Origin: an uncultured Gemmatimonadales bacterium
GTDB taxonomy: Bacteria; Gemmatimonadota; Gemmatimonadetes; Gemmatimonadales; GWC2-71-9
DNA length: 64,000 nucleotides
Direction of reading: 5' to 3'
Assembly (NCBI GenBank): GCA_963821525.1
Contig: CAWGED010000008.1
Span: 160,001 to 224,000 of the forward strand
Positions within the stretch are counted from its first letter, which is position 1. Each line of letters starts with the position of its first letter. Of this stretch, positions 51,840 to 61,471 are shown piece by piece. A model generated the notes under the pieces. The model did no database searches and had not been told where the DNA came from. It saw nothing but the letters and a program-made list of their open reading frames with translations. A program made the translations under genes and the position numbers.

Positions 51840-53683
51840 ATGAACCGTATTACCCGCAGGATGTTGTCTGGCGGGCTAGTCGCGGGGTTGACGATCCTCG
51901 CGGCATCGGCTCACGCCCAGGCACGTTCGGGGAAGTGGACCCTGAATGCGCCGGAGGGCGAGTGGTGGATGACCGGTCGCGATTACAGTCTCCAGCGGTT
52001 CAGCCCGCTGGCGCAGATCAACACCTCCAACGTGGCCAATCTGAAGGCCGCCTGGTCGTTCTCGACCGGCACGCTGCGCGGACATGAGGGCAACCCCCTC
52101 GTCGTCGGCAACGTGATGTACGTTCACACGTCCTTCCCGAACAATGTGTACGCGCTCGACCTGTCCAAGGAAGGCGCGCCGCAGATCTGGAAGTACGCGC
52201 CCAGTCAGTCGCCGGACGCGATTCCAATCGCCTGTTGCGACCTCGTGAACCGCGGCACTGCGTATCACCCGAGCGGCAAGCTCTACATCGAGCTGCTGCA
52301 GGGTGAGCTCGCGGCGATCGATGCCAAGTCCGGCAAGGAGCTGTGGAAGGCCAAGCACCCGGATCACTCCGGCGCGGGCGTCGAGGCGAACGGCTACAAG
52401 CAGGGCGCCACGATGACCAACGCCCCGATCGTGATCGGCGACGTCGTCATCGCCGGCATCTCGGGTGGTGAGTTCGGAGTCCGCGGCCGCGTCTCGGCGT
52501 TCGACGCGAACACGGGCAAGCACATCTGGACCGCGTACAGCACCGGCCCGGACAGCGAAACCATGATCGAGGGCGATGCCAACGCGAACTACGCGTCCCA
52601 CAAGGGGAAGGACCTCGGGGTCTCGACCTGGCAGGGCGACGAGTGGAAGCGGGGCGGCGGCACCACCTGGGGCTGGTACAGCTACGATCCCGAGCTGAAC
52701 CTGTTCTACTACAACAGCGGCAACCCCGGGACCTGGAACCCCGATCAGCGGCCGGGCGACAACAAGTGGTCCATGACCATGTGGGCTCGTAATCCGCAGA
52801 CCGGTAAGGCCAAGTGGGCGTACCAGATGACGCCGCACGACGAGTGGGACTATGACGGCATCAACGAGGACGTGCTGTTCGAGAAGGGCGGCCAGAAGCT
52901 GCTGGCCCACTTCGACCGCAACGGCATCGGCTACACCGTCGACCGGACCAACGGCAAAGTGATCGTCGCCAACGCATTCGGCCCGATCAACTGGGCAAAG
53001 AACGGCGGGCACCGGCACCCCGGTTGAGGGTGTGGTGACCACGGGCGTCCCGGTCAAGGATCCCAAGTTCGGCACCAGCTCCAAGAAGAACGGCGAGGGA
53101 ATCTGCCCCGCCGCCATCGGGTTCAAGGATCAGCAGCCCGTCGGCGTACTCGCCGATCACGGGCCTGTTCTACGTCCCCGCGAACCACATCTGCATGGAC
53201 TATGAGGGCGTGGAAGTGAAGTACACCGCCGGTCAGCCGTACGTCGGCGCGATCGTGCGGATGTTCCCGGGCCCCGGCGGCAATCGCGGCCGGTTCATCG
53301 CCTGGGATCCCATGACCGGTAAGCAGGTGTGGGAGATCAAGGAGAACCTCGCGGCGTACGGCGGCGCGCTCACCACGGCCGGCGGCATCGTGTTCTACGG
53401 CACGATGGAAGGCTGGCTCAAGGCCGTTGATCAGAAGACGGGCAAGGTGCTGTGGAAGTTCAAGACCCCGTCGGGCATCATCGGCAACCCGATGACCTAC
53501 AAGGCCCCGGATGGCAAGCAGTACGTCGCCGTTCTGTCGGGCATTGGTGGCTGGGCCGGTATCGGCGTGGCCGCGGGCATCGGCGCAGAAGATCCCACCG
53601 CCGGTCTCGGCGCGCTGGGCGCGTTTGGTGACGCGGGTCAGTTCTCCACCCAGGGTGGCGTGCTGACTGTCTTCGGGCTGTAA
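51840..53683 (+). CDS. xoxF: Lanthanide-dependent PQQ methanol dehydrogenase (frameshifts ~53000 and ~53138)
   Basis: Signal peptide; FSTGTLRGHEG, ACCDLVNRG, GGEFGVRG, GGGTTWGW, HDEWDYDGINE (D-x-D lanthanide signature), ICPAAIGFKDQQP, GIGGWAG. Confidence 0.93.
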
Positions 53684-53741
53684 TTCGCTGCACACGGCCG
53701 TCCGGGGGCTTGCTCCCGGGCGGCTGTCCCGCTTAGTCGTT

Positions 53742-53803
53742 CAGACGGCGCCGGACACCTCCGCGGGCAAGACACTCCGCCCTGCAGTGTCCGGCGCCGT
53801 TTG
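53742..53803 (+). other. Intercistronic 17-bp stem-loop between xoxF and xoxJ
   Basis: cagacggcgccggacac / gtgtccggcgccgtttg (one G-U pair). Confidence 0.7.
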
Positions 53804-53868
53804 TCCGGTGCGGTGGCGGTTCGCCGCCAGCTCAAATCATGCAAGTGTGTGCCCAGGCGGAATATCCG

Positions 53869-54730
53869 ATGCGTTTATCAGTGCTGCGCCATGCCGCTCT
53901 CGCTGTCGCCCTGGCCGGGGGAATCGCCCTGCCCGCCCAGGCCCAGCGACCCAGCCCCCTTACCGAAGGGGTGCTACGGGTGTGCGCGGATCCCGACAAC
54001 ATGCCGTTCTCCAACCAGGCGGGAGACGGATTCGAGAACAAGATCGCCGAACTGCTGGCTCAGACCTGGAATTCCAAGCTCGAATACATCTGGTGGCCGG
54101 TGCGTCGCGGCTTCTTCAGCCCGGGGCCTGAACGGCCGCTACTGCGACGTGGCCATTACCGCTCCAGCCAAACTCGACATGGCCGGAGTCACCGAACCCT
54201 ACTTCCGGTCGTCCTACGTCATCGTCTATCGCAAGGACAGCGGGCTCGACATCTCGAGCCTGGATGACCCGAAGCTCAAGCAGCTCAAGATCGGCGTGAA
54301 CCTGCTCAATGCGGACGCCGAGAATACTCCGCCCGCGATGGCGCTGAGCTCGCACGGGGTGGTCGGCACTCTGGTCGGATTCGGCACCTTTTACAGCGAA
54401 GGCGGGTTGCGTCCCGAGGACATCATCAATGCGGTGGTCGACAGTACTATCGATGTCGCCATCGTCTGGGGTCCGGTGGCGGGCTACTTCGCCAAGACCG
54501 CGCGGGCTCCGCTGGTGCTGCGCCCGCTCCCCGACGATTCATTGAGCGGGATCCCCTTCTCCTTCAGCCTGGGCCTGGCAACCCGGCGGCGGGAGACGGT
54601 GATGCGGGACAGCCTGCAGAAGTTCATCGACGCCAAGCGTCCCGAGCTTCAGAAGATTCTGGAACAGTTCAACGTGCCGATGTTGCCGCTCACCCCCGAT
54701 TCGGCGAAACCGGGCACAACCGGTCAATGA
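53869..54730 (+). CDS. xoxJ: MxaJ/XoxJ-type periplasmic binding protein (frameshift ~54120)
   Basis: LRVCADPDNMPFSN...GFENKIAE, TEPYFRSSY, SLDDPKL, DVAIVWGPVAGY. Confidence 0.9.
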
Positions 54731-55215
54731 CTTCGACGCCAAGTGGTGGCATTCCCTCGCCTTCGAAAGGATCGCGCACCCGCATGAGCCGTTCGTTCGT
54801 CAACCCTCGCGCGCTGACCGTCGGCGCGGTGCTCGCCCTGCTGCTCGTCCTCACGGCACCTCTCGCTGCTCAGGTGCATGACGAATACCATCCAGCCCCG
54901 CGTGATACCGTCACCAATGATGTTTACCAGGGATGGAAGCAGTTCGAGTTGAACTGTTCCCGGTGTCACGGCGAGTATGGGGTCGGCACCTCGTTTGCTC
55001 CCTCACTCATCGTGTCGATGAAGGATGACGGAACCATCCCCACCCAGGAATTGTTCATTACCACCGTCTGCGCCGGCCGACCGGACAAGGGAATGCCGTC
55101 CTGGTGCGGGCTGGGCCTGGAAATGGACAAGATCCAGCGGATCTACCTTTATCTGAAGGGGCGAGCGGACGGAAAAATCGGCATAGGACGACCGGCCGTG
55201 AAGGAGAACAGCTAG
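54727..55215 (+). CDS. xoxG: Monoheme cytochrome c, XoxG-like electron acceptor (start may be 54784)
   Basis: Signal peptide; CSRCHG; GRPDKGMPSW; YLKGRADG.IG.GRP; directly follows xoxJ. Confidence 0.8.
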   Translation: MTSTPSGGIPSPSKGSRTRMSRSFVNPRALTVGAVLALLLVLTAPLAAQVHDEYHPAPRDTVTNDVYQGWKQFELNCSRCHGEYGVGTSFAPSLIVSMKDDGTIPTQELFITTVCAGRPDKGMPSWCGLGLEMDKIQRIYLYLKGRADGKIGIGRPAVKENS

Positions 55216-55237
55216 CGGGCACCTCCCGCTTCCCACC

Positions 55238-56062
55238 ATGTATCCGCGAATGCGCGGCCTTTCCGCCTGGGCGTTCCTGGCGGTGACTTTCCCCCTCGCC
55301 GCGCAAAACCCGCCGGCAGCGGCTCCGGGAGCGCTAACGCGCGAGGCCGTCCAGGAGCGCCTCTCCAAGACCACCGGATCAATCCCCGATCTCTCCGGCG
55401 TCGACCTGAGACGGCTCGACCTGAGTGGATTGGACTTCCGCCAGGCCAACCTGACGAAGGCCAGGCTGGACAGCGCAAACCTTTCCGGCGCCAAGCTCTT
55501 CGCCGTCGATCTCACCGACGCGACCGCCATCGGCGCCGACCTGAGTAAGGCCAATCTCGACGGCTCCACCCTGCGTCGCGCCAACCTGCAGCACGCCAAC
55601 CTGCGGGGTGCGAGCCTCTTTGCGACGATCGTAGAGGCTGCCGACCTGAGTGAGGCGGATCTCAGGGATACGCGTATTATCGGGTACCTGAAGGCGGCCA
55701 AACTGCGGGGTACCAACCTGCAGAACGCAAACATCGGCGCCGATCCGGGCAATCAGTCCATGGGCGTCATGCGGGCCCAGTTCGGAAGCGCGGATCTCTC
55801 TGGTGCCGACTTCACCGGGGCCAATCTCTTCAAGGCCGACTTCGGCTACGCCAAGCTGATCGGTGCCAAGCTGGTCAACGTGGATCTGCGAAACGCGGAA
55901 TTGATCCAGGCCGATCTGACGGAAGCCGACGTCACTGGAGCCAACGTCGCCTCGGCGGACCTCAACGGAACCATATTCACCAAAGCCAAGGGAGTTTCCA
56001 CGCTCAAGGGACTCGACCAGGCACGCAATAAAGACAAGGCGGTTTTCGATGAACGGAACTGA
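55238..56062 (+). CDS. Secreted pentapeptide-repeat protein
   Basis: Signal peptide; many A(D/N)LxG/A repeats. Confidence 0.92.
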   Translation: MYPRMRGLSAWAFLAVTFPLAAQNPPAAAPGALTREAVQERLSKTTGSIPDLSGVDLRRLDLSGLDFRQANLTKARLDSANLSGAKLFAVDLTDATAIGADLSKANLDGSTLRRANLQHANLRGASLFATIVEAADLSEADLRDTRIIGYLKAAKLRGTNLQNANIGADPGNQSMGVMRAQFGSADLSGADFTGANLFKADFGYAKLIGAKLVNVDLRNAELIQADLTEADVTGANVASADLNGTIFTKAKGVSTLKGLDQARNKDKAVFDERN

Positions 56063-57158
56063 CGGGATGCGGCGGGCTCTCATCCTGGGTGCGGTTGCTC
56101 TCCTGGCGGCTGGGTGCGGCCGGCGTGAGGCAGCACCGCCTCAGGCGGGGGGTGCAGGGGGCGGAACGGAAGCGGCCGGGGAATACGTGTATGTCAGCAA
56201 TGAGGATTCCCGAAACATCACGGTGATAGACGCGGCGACCGATAGTGTCGTCAGCACGATCGAAGTAGGTACTCGCCCCCGCGGCGTGAAGGTGAGCCCC
56301 GATGGCCGTACAGTTTACGTGGCGCTGAGCGGATCACCCAAGTGCCCGCCCACCATGCCGGACGAGGAGTGCGAGAAGCTCAAGACCGATCCCTCGAAGG
56401 ACGGAGTCGCAGTGGTCGACGTGGCAACCAGGAAGACGGTGAAGACTCTCCCCGCTGGCAAGGACCCCGAAACATTCGACGTGAGCCCCGACGGAACCCG
56501 GCTCTACGTCTCCAACGAAGACGCCGACTCCGCATCCATTGTTGACCTCCAGAGCGGCAAAGTCATCGCCAACGTGAAGACCGGCCGGGAGCCCGAAGGC
56601 GTCACGTTGTCACCCGACGGCAAGACTGTGTGGGTCACCGGGGAAACCGATCACAACATCACCGGAATCGGCACCCAGTCCGGGCAAGGTGGTGGGAACC
56701 ATCGAGGTTGGCCAGCGGCCGCGCTCCATCCGATTCGTTCAGAATGGGGCCAAGGCATACGTGACCAATGAAGTCGCCGGCACCGTCACCGTCGTCGACA
56801 TGAACGCCAGGAAGACGGTGAAACCATCACCATGCCGGAAGGGCTCCAAGCCCATGGGGCTGGCGGTCGCCCCCGACGGCCAGAAGGTCTACGTCTCGAA
56901 CGGGAGAGGCGGGACACTGTCGGTTCTCGATGTCGCCACCGACTCGATCCTCTCCACCACAAAAGTGGGCACTCGTCCCTGGGGAGTGGGTGTCACGAAG
57001 GACGGGAAGAAGCTCTATACCGCAAACGGCCCCGGCAACGACGTCTCGGTAATCGACGCCTCGACAATGCAGGTCGTCAAGACGATTCCGGCGGCAGCGT
57101 GCCGTGGGGGATTGCGATTGGACCGGCGGTGAGGGGAGAGCCGTTAGCGATAGACTAG
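56049..57158 (+). CDS. YVTN-type beta-propeller lipoprotein (frameshifts)
   Basis: Lipobox LAAGC; repeats YVSNE, SPDG..VYV, YVTNE, YTANG. Confidence 0.88.
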
Positions 57159-57244
57159 GCGCGAGAGCGGTAAGCTCATAGCGCGTTAGGCCATAAGCAA
57201 GACGTAACTTAGCTAACGGCCTAACGCTTATCGCCTCGCTGCAC

Positions 57245-57758
57245 TCACGCAAAAGGCCTTCGGGTAAACCACGCCCCCGGCCATCTCCACGCCAGCCACC
57301 CGTCCAATCCCCACGCCCGGCCCGAACGCGCCAGGAACAGCACCGGCAACACGCTCAGCAGCATGTAGTGAAAGCCGAATGACGCGGGCGCCATGTGCTG
57401 CGACGCCAAGACCGTAGTTCAGGCTCAGCCAGAATGCACCGAGTGCAGCGAGCCCGGCGAACAGTCCTAACGTGAGTCCGAGTCCCACCAGCGTCTCCGC
57501 CCAAGCGATCATCTTGGCAAACATGACCGAATTGGGCAGAACCGTGTGCTCGAGGAACGCTTTGTACCACAGAATCGGGTTCTCGGCGGCCTGCCGGGTG
57601 ACGATCTGCGGCATGGCCTCGATCCAGCGCGGCTCGACGCCGAGCCAGGGGAAGAACCCGCCGAGGAGCACCAGGTCCAGCTTGGTCCACAGCGCCTTCA
57701 CGAAATAGAGCCCGACCAGGATGCGCAGCACCGCAAGCCAGCGGCTCGGATGGGACAT
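57245..57758 (-). CDS. DoxX family membrane protein (frameshift ~57405)
   Basis: LAVLRILVG, WYKAFL, WAETLVGLGL.LG, GRAWGLDG after frame repair. Confidence 0.78.
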
Positions 57759-57866
57759 GTCGACCGTCGTGGGGGAATTCACTCGTTGTCTCCGTTTAAG
57801 TGCCTTAAGCCTTAAGCCGTAAGCCTGAGTCCATGGTTGCCACGCGTACAGCTTATGGCCTAGGGC

Positions 57867-59911
57867 TCATGGCACCATCACACCCAATTCCTCAAACACG
57901 AAACTCCAGGTATCCACCAGCTCCTCGAGCACCTTGGAAACCGGCTTCCCCGCGCCGTGCCCTGCCTTTTCCTCCAACCGGAGCAGAATGGGTCGCCCTG
58001 AGGAAGACGCAGCCTGCAGCAACGCCGTCATTTTCCGCGCGTGCATCGGATCTACCCGCGTATCGCTCTCGGCCGTGGCAAGCAAGACAGCAGGATACGC
58101 GGTGCCCGGTTCCACTCGGTGGTAGGGCGAGTAGGCCCTCAGCCAGCCGAACTGTTCCGGATCATCGGGGTCGCCATACTCCGGGATCCAGAGCCGCGCA
58201 ATCAGGAACCGGTGATACCGCAACATGTCGAGCAGCGGAACCTGAATGACCACGGCACGGAACAGCTCCGGGCGCTGGGTGAGAGCGGCCCCCATGAGCA
58301 GCCCTCCATTCGACCCGCCGGCAATCGCCAGGCGTTCCGGCTTCGTGTAGCGCTGAGCGATCAGCCATTCGGCAGCGGCGATGAAGTCGTCGAAACTGTT
58401 CTGCTTGCGTGCCAGCATGCCGGCCTGATGCCACGATTCCCCGTATTCCCCGCCCCCTCTCAGGTTTGGCACCGCTACTACCCCGCCGCTTTCTACCCAC
58501 AGCAGCAGTGACCGGGAGAAACCCGGAGTCATGCTGATGTTGAAGCCACCGTAACCGGTCAGATAGGTCGGGTTGTCTCCCGTGAGGCTAAGCCCGTTCC
58601 GGTGCACGAGGAACATGGAGACTCCCGTGCCATCGCGCGAGGGGTAGGTCACCTGGCGTCACCTGGTAGTCCGCCGGATCGAGGTCTGCCTCGACCATTC
58701 GCCAGAGTGAGCGGGCCCCCGAATCCAGGTCCACGCGATAGACACTCGGCGGAACCGTGTATGACGAAAATCCGTAGAACAACTCTTCCCCATCCCACTC
58801 TCCGCCCCAGCCGAACACACTTCCGATTGTGGGCAACTCGAGCGGCCTCGGGTTTTTCCCCTCGAGGTCCGTCACCAGGAGACGAGAGGATGCGCGTTCC
58901 AGATAGCTGAGGGCCAGCGCGTTGCCCAGCACCATCGCGCCGTCCAGCACCGCATCGCTTCTGGTGGGAATCAGCTCTTCCCAGCGGGAGCGGTCCGGCC
59001 GCTCCGGATCGCCGCGGTAGAGCCGGTAGTTGGGAGCATCGAGGTTGGTGCGAACGTAGAGTCGCCCGCGAACGACCTGCCCTTCGAACGATGCGGGCAG
59101 ATTCTCCGCGACGGCGACGAGGGGGCCGCCGCGCTCCAGGTCCTGCAGGAAGAGGTCGGTCTGATCGAAAGTTCGAGCGACGCCGATCAGCAGCCAGCGT
59201 CCCTCGGGCGAGAGGTCAACGCTCGGCCAATGCTCCTTCTGTGACGGCTTGAAGATGAGCCGGTCTCCGGCGGGATCGTCTCCCAGGAGATGCAGGAAGA
59301 CAGCGCGGTGATACTGCTCCTCCCCTTCGGGCACCGAGCCCGGAAACGGGTAACGGGTGTAGTAGAACCCGTTGCCGCCGGGCAGCCATGCGAGGTCCGC
59401 TGCGCGAGTCCCGCTGATCCGATCGGGCTTGACCTCACCGCTATCCACATCGAGGACGTGCAGTACGCTTTCCTCGCTCCCGTTTTCGGAAAGACCATAG
59501 GCCAGGAGCTTTCCGTCCTCGCTCGGGAAATACCAGTCGAGTGCGGTAGTGCCGGCGGCATCCAGCGCATTGGGATCGAGCAGGACGCGGTCGGGGCCCT
59601 CGACTCCGTCCCGAACATACAGGACAGGTTGGTTCTGAGTTCCTTCCCTTCGCTGATAGAAGTAGCGCCCTCGAGCCGGCGTCGGAGCACTCAGCGCACC
59701 GATCTTGAGCAGTTGCTCCAGCCGGGCCCTGATGAAAGGTCTGGCGGGTACGCCGATCGAGGTAGTCGCGGGTGAACCGGTTCTGTTCGCTAGTCCAGGA
59801 CCGGGTCTCGGCGCTCTCGCCGTCCTCCAGCCAGCGATACGGATCGGGAATTCGCTCGCCATGGAGCGTGTCGACGACGCCGTACGTCGGAGAAGGTGGA
59901 GGGGAGGGCAT
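57867..59911 (-). CDS. Prolyl oligopeptidase, S9A (frameshifts)
   Basis: [41 protein letters not shown]. Confidence 0.93.
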
Positions 59912-59922
59912 GGTCTAAACAG

Positions 59923-60030
59923 CGTGAGAAGTGAGAGGTGAGAAGTGAGAGGTAAGAAATAGGGAGTATCAAGGAGTGGTTGAAGCTGTCTGCTATCGCG
60001 CTTTTCCTTCTTACTTCTCACGCTCACTTC
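59923..60030. repeat. Inverted heptamer element (GTGAGAR ... YTCTCAC)
   Basis: gtgagaagtgagaggtgagaagtgagaggtaagaa ... ttcttacttctcacgctcacttc. Confidence 0.82.
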
Positions 60031-60036
60031 TACGAC

Positions 60037-61116
60037 TCAGTCTCCAAGGCAGATCCCCAGCTCCCGGGCGGTCAGTAGCGTATCCGAGTCGAGCGGGACG
60101 TTCTTGGCACGGCCGATGACTTCGCTGAGCGGTAGCCGCGCGATGGAAGGTGGAGCGAGGGCAATCATGGTTCCAAATGCACGGTCTGCAACCGCGCGTA
60201 CTGCGGCCGCGCCGAAGCGCAGACCGAGCAACCGGTCGAAAGTCGTCGGTGATCCGCCGCGCTGAATGTGGCCCAGCACCAGACTTCGGGTCTCCTTGCC
60301 ACTCCGCTCCGCGATGGCGCGGGCCACCAGGGAGCCGATGCCTCCGAGACGGTCGGCGCTTCCGGCAGAGCGCCGCTCCAGCAGCAAGAGCTCGCCGTCC
60401 TTGGGCTTCGCACCCTCCGCTACGACCACGATGCTGAAGCGGCGGCCGGCCTCGTCTCGCTTCCGGATCTTCTCCAGCACCTTGTTCATGTCGAAGGGGA
60501 TTTCGGGGATGAGAATGACATCGGCGGTCGCTGAGACTCCGCTGTTGAGCGCGATGAATCCGGCATGGCGCCCCATCAGCTCGACGACCATGACTCGTTC
60601 ATGGCTCTCGGCCGTCGAGTGCAGCTTGTCGATCGCATCGGTCGCGGTACTCACCGCGGTGTCGAAGCCGAATGTGGCGATGGTGCCCACAACGTCGTTG
60701 TCGATCGTCTTGGGCACCCCGACGACGGGCAGACCCATCTTCCAGAGATCGTGGGCGATAGACAGGCTGCCGTCGCCCCCGATCGCAATCAGCGCATCGA
60801 ACCCGCTCGCGTTGAAGGCGTCGACCAGATCGCTCGATCGGTCCACCTCGGTATCCTTGCCGCTCGCATCCGTGACGACCCAGCAGAAGGGATTGCCGCG
60901 GTTGGTCGTGCCGAGAATGGTGCCGCCCAGGTGGGTAATCCCGCGGACCCGTTCCGGCGTGAGCGTCATGATCCCGTCGTCCCCGAGGAGCCCGCCGTAC
61001 CCCCGGCGGATTCCATAGGTCTGCCAACCCCGTCCGTGCGCCGACAGCACAATGGCTCGGATGACGGCATTGAGGCCGGGGGCGTCCCCGCCCCCGGTGG
61101 AGATGGCGATTCTCAT
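60037..61116 (-). CDS. pfkA: 6-phosphofructokinase, mixed-substrate group (GGDG + PKTIDND)
   Basis: TGGGDAPGLN, GGTILGT, IGGDGS, PKTIDND, ELMGRHAG, LGHIQRGG. Confidence 0.93.
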   Translation of the reverse strand: MRIAISTGGGDAPGLNAVIRAIVLSAHGRGWQTYGIRRGYGGLLGDDGIMTLTPERVRGITHLGGTILGTTNRGNPFCWVVTDASGKDTEVDRSSDLVDAFNASGFDALIAIGGDGSLSIAHDLWKMGLPVVGVPKTIDNDVVGTIATFGFDTAVSTATDAIDKLHSTAESHERVMVVELMGRHAGFIALNSGVSATADVILIPEIPFDMNKVLEKIRKRDEAGRRFSIVVVAEGAKPKDGELLLLERRSAGSADRLGGIGSLVARAIAERSGKETRSLVLGHIQRGGSPTTFDRLLGLRFGAAAVRAVADRAFGTMIALAPPSIARLPLSEVIGRAKNVPLDSDTLLTARELGICLGD

Positions 61117-61471
61117 GGGAGAAAGCCGATCACTGATTGTCGCCCAGGTGTCTCTTCAGCAATCCCGCCACCTCACCCGGCTTGGCATGTCGGCCGATTG
61201 CTTTCTTGGAGAAGATGAGGGCGCCATCGACCGTAACTTCGAACGCGCCCCCCGAAGACTTCTGGAGGCTGAATTGCGCGTACGGAATCGTTTCCTTGAG
61301 CTCGGCTACCAGACCGGTAGCCCGGGGTCCGTAGTTTCAGACCACGCAGTATTCGATGGTGATATGCATGGGGACGAACCTATCCCGAACCCGTCCCTCT
61401 GCCAAGCTGAGTCACAGTGCCACTTCCCGGGGGCGGGGTATATTGGGACGGTGCTTACCACTAGAGACGTC

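Noticed and set aside
60037..61116. PPi-dependent Pfk as a sign of RuMP assimilation
   Set aside because: Has GGDG rather than GGDD, and no hps/phi in the window
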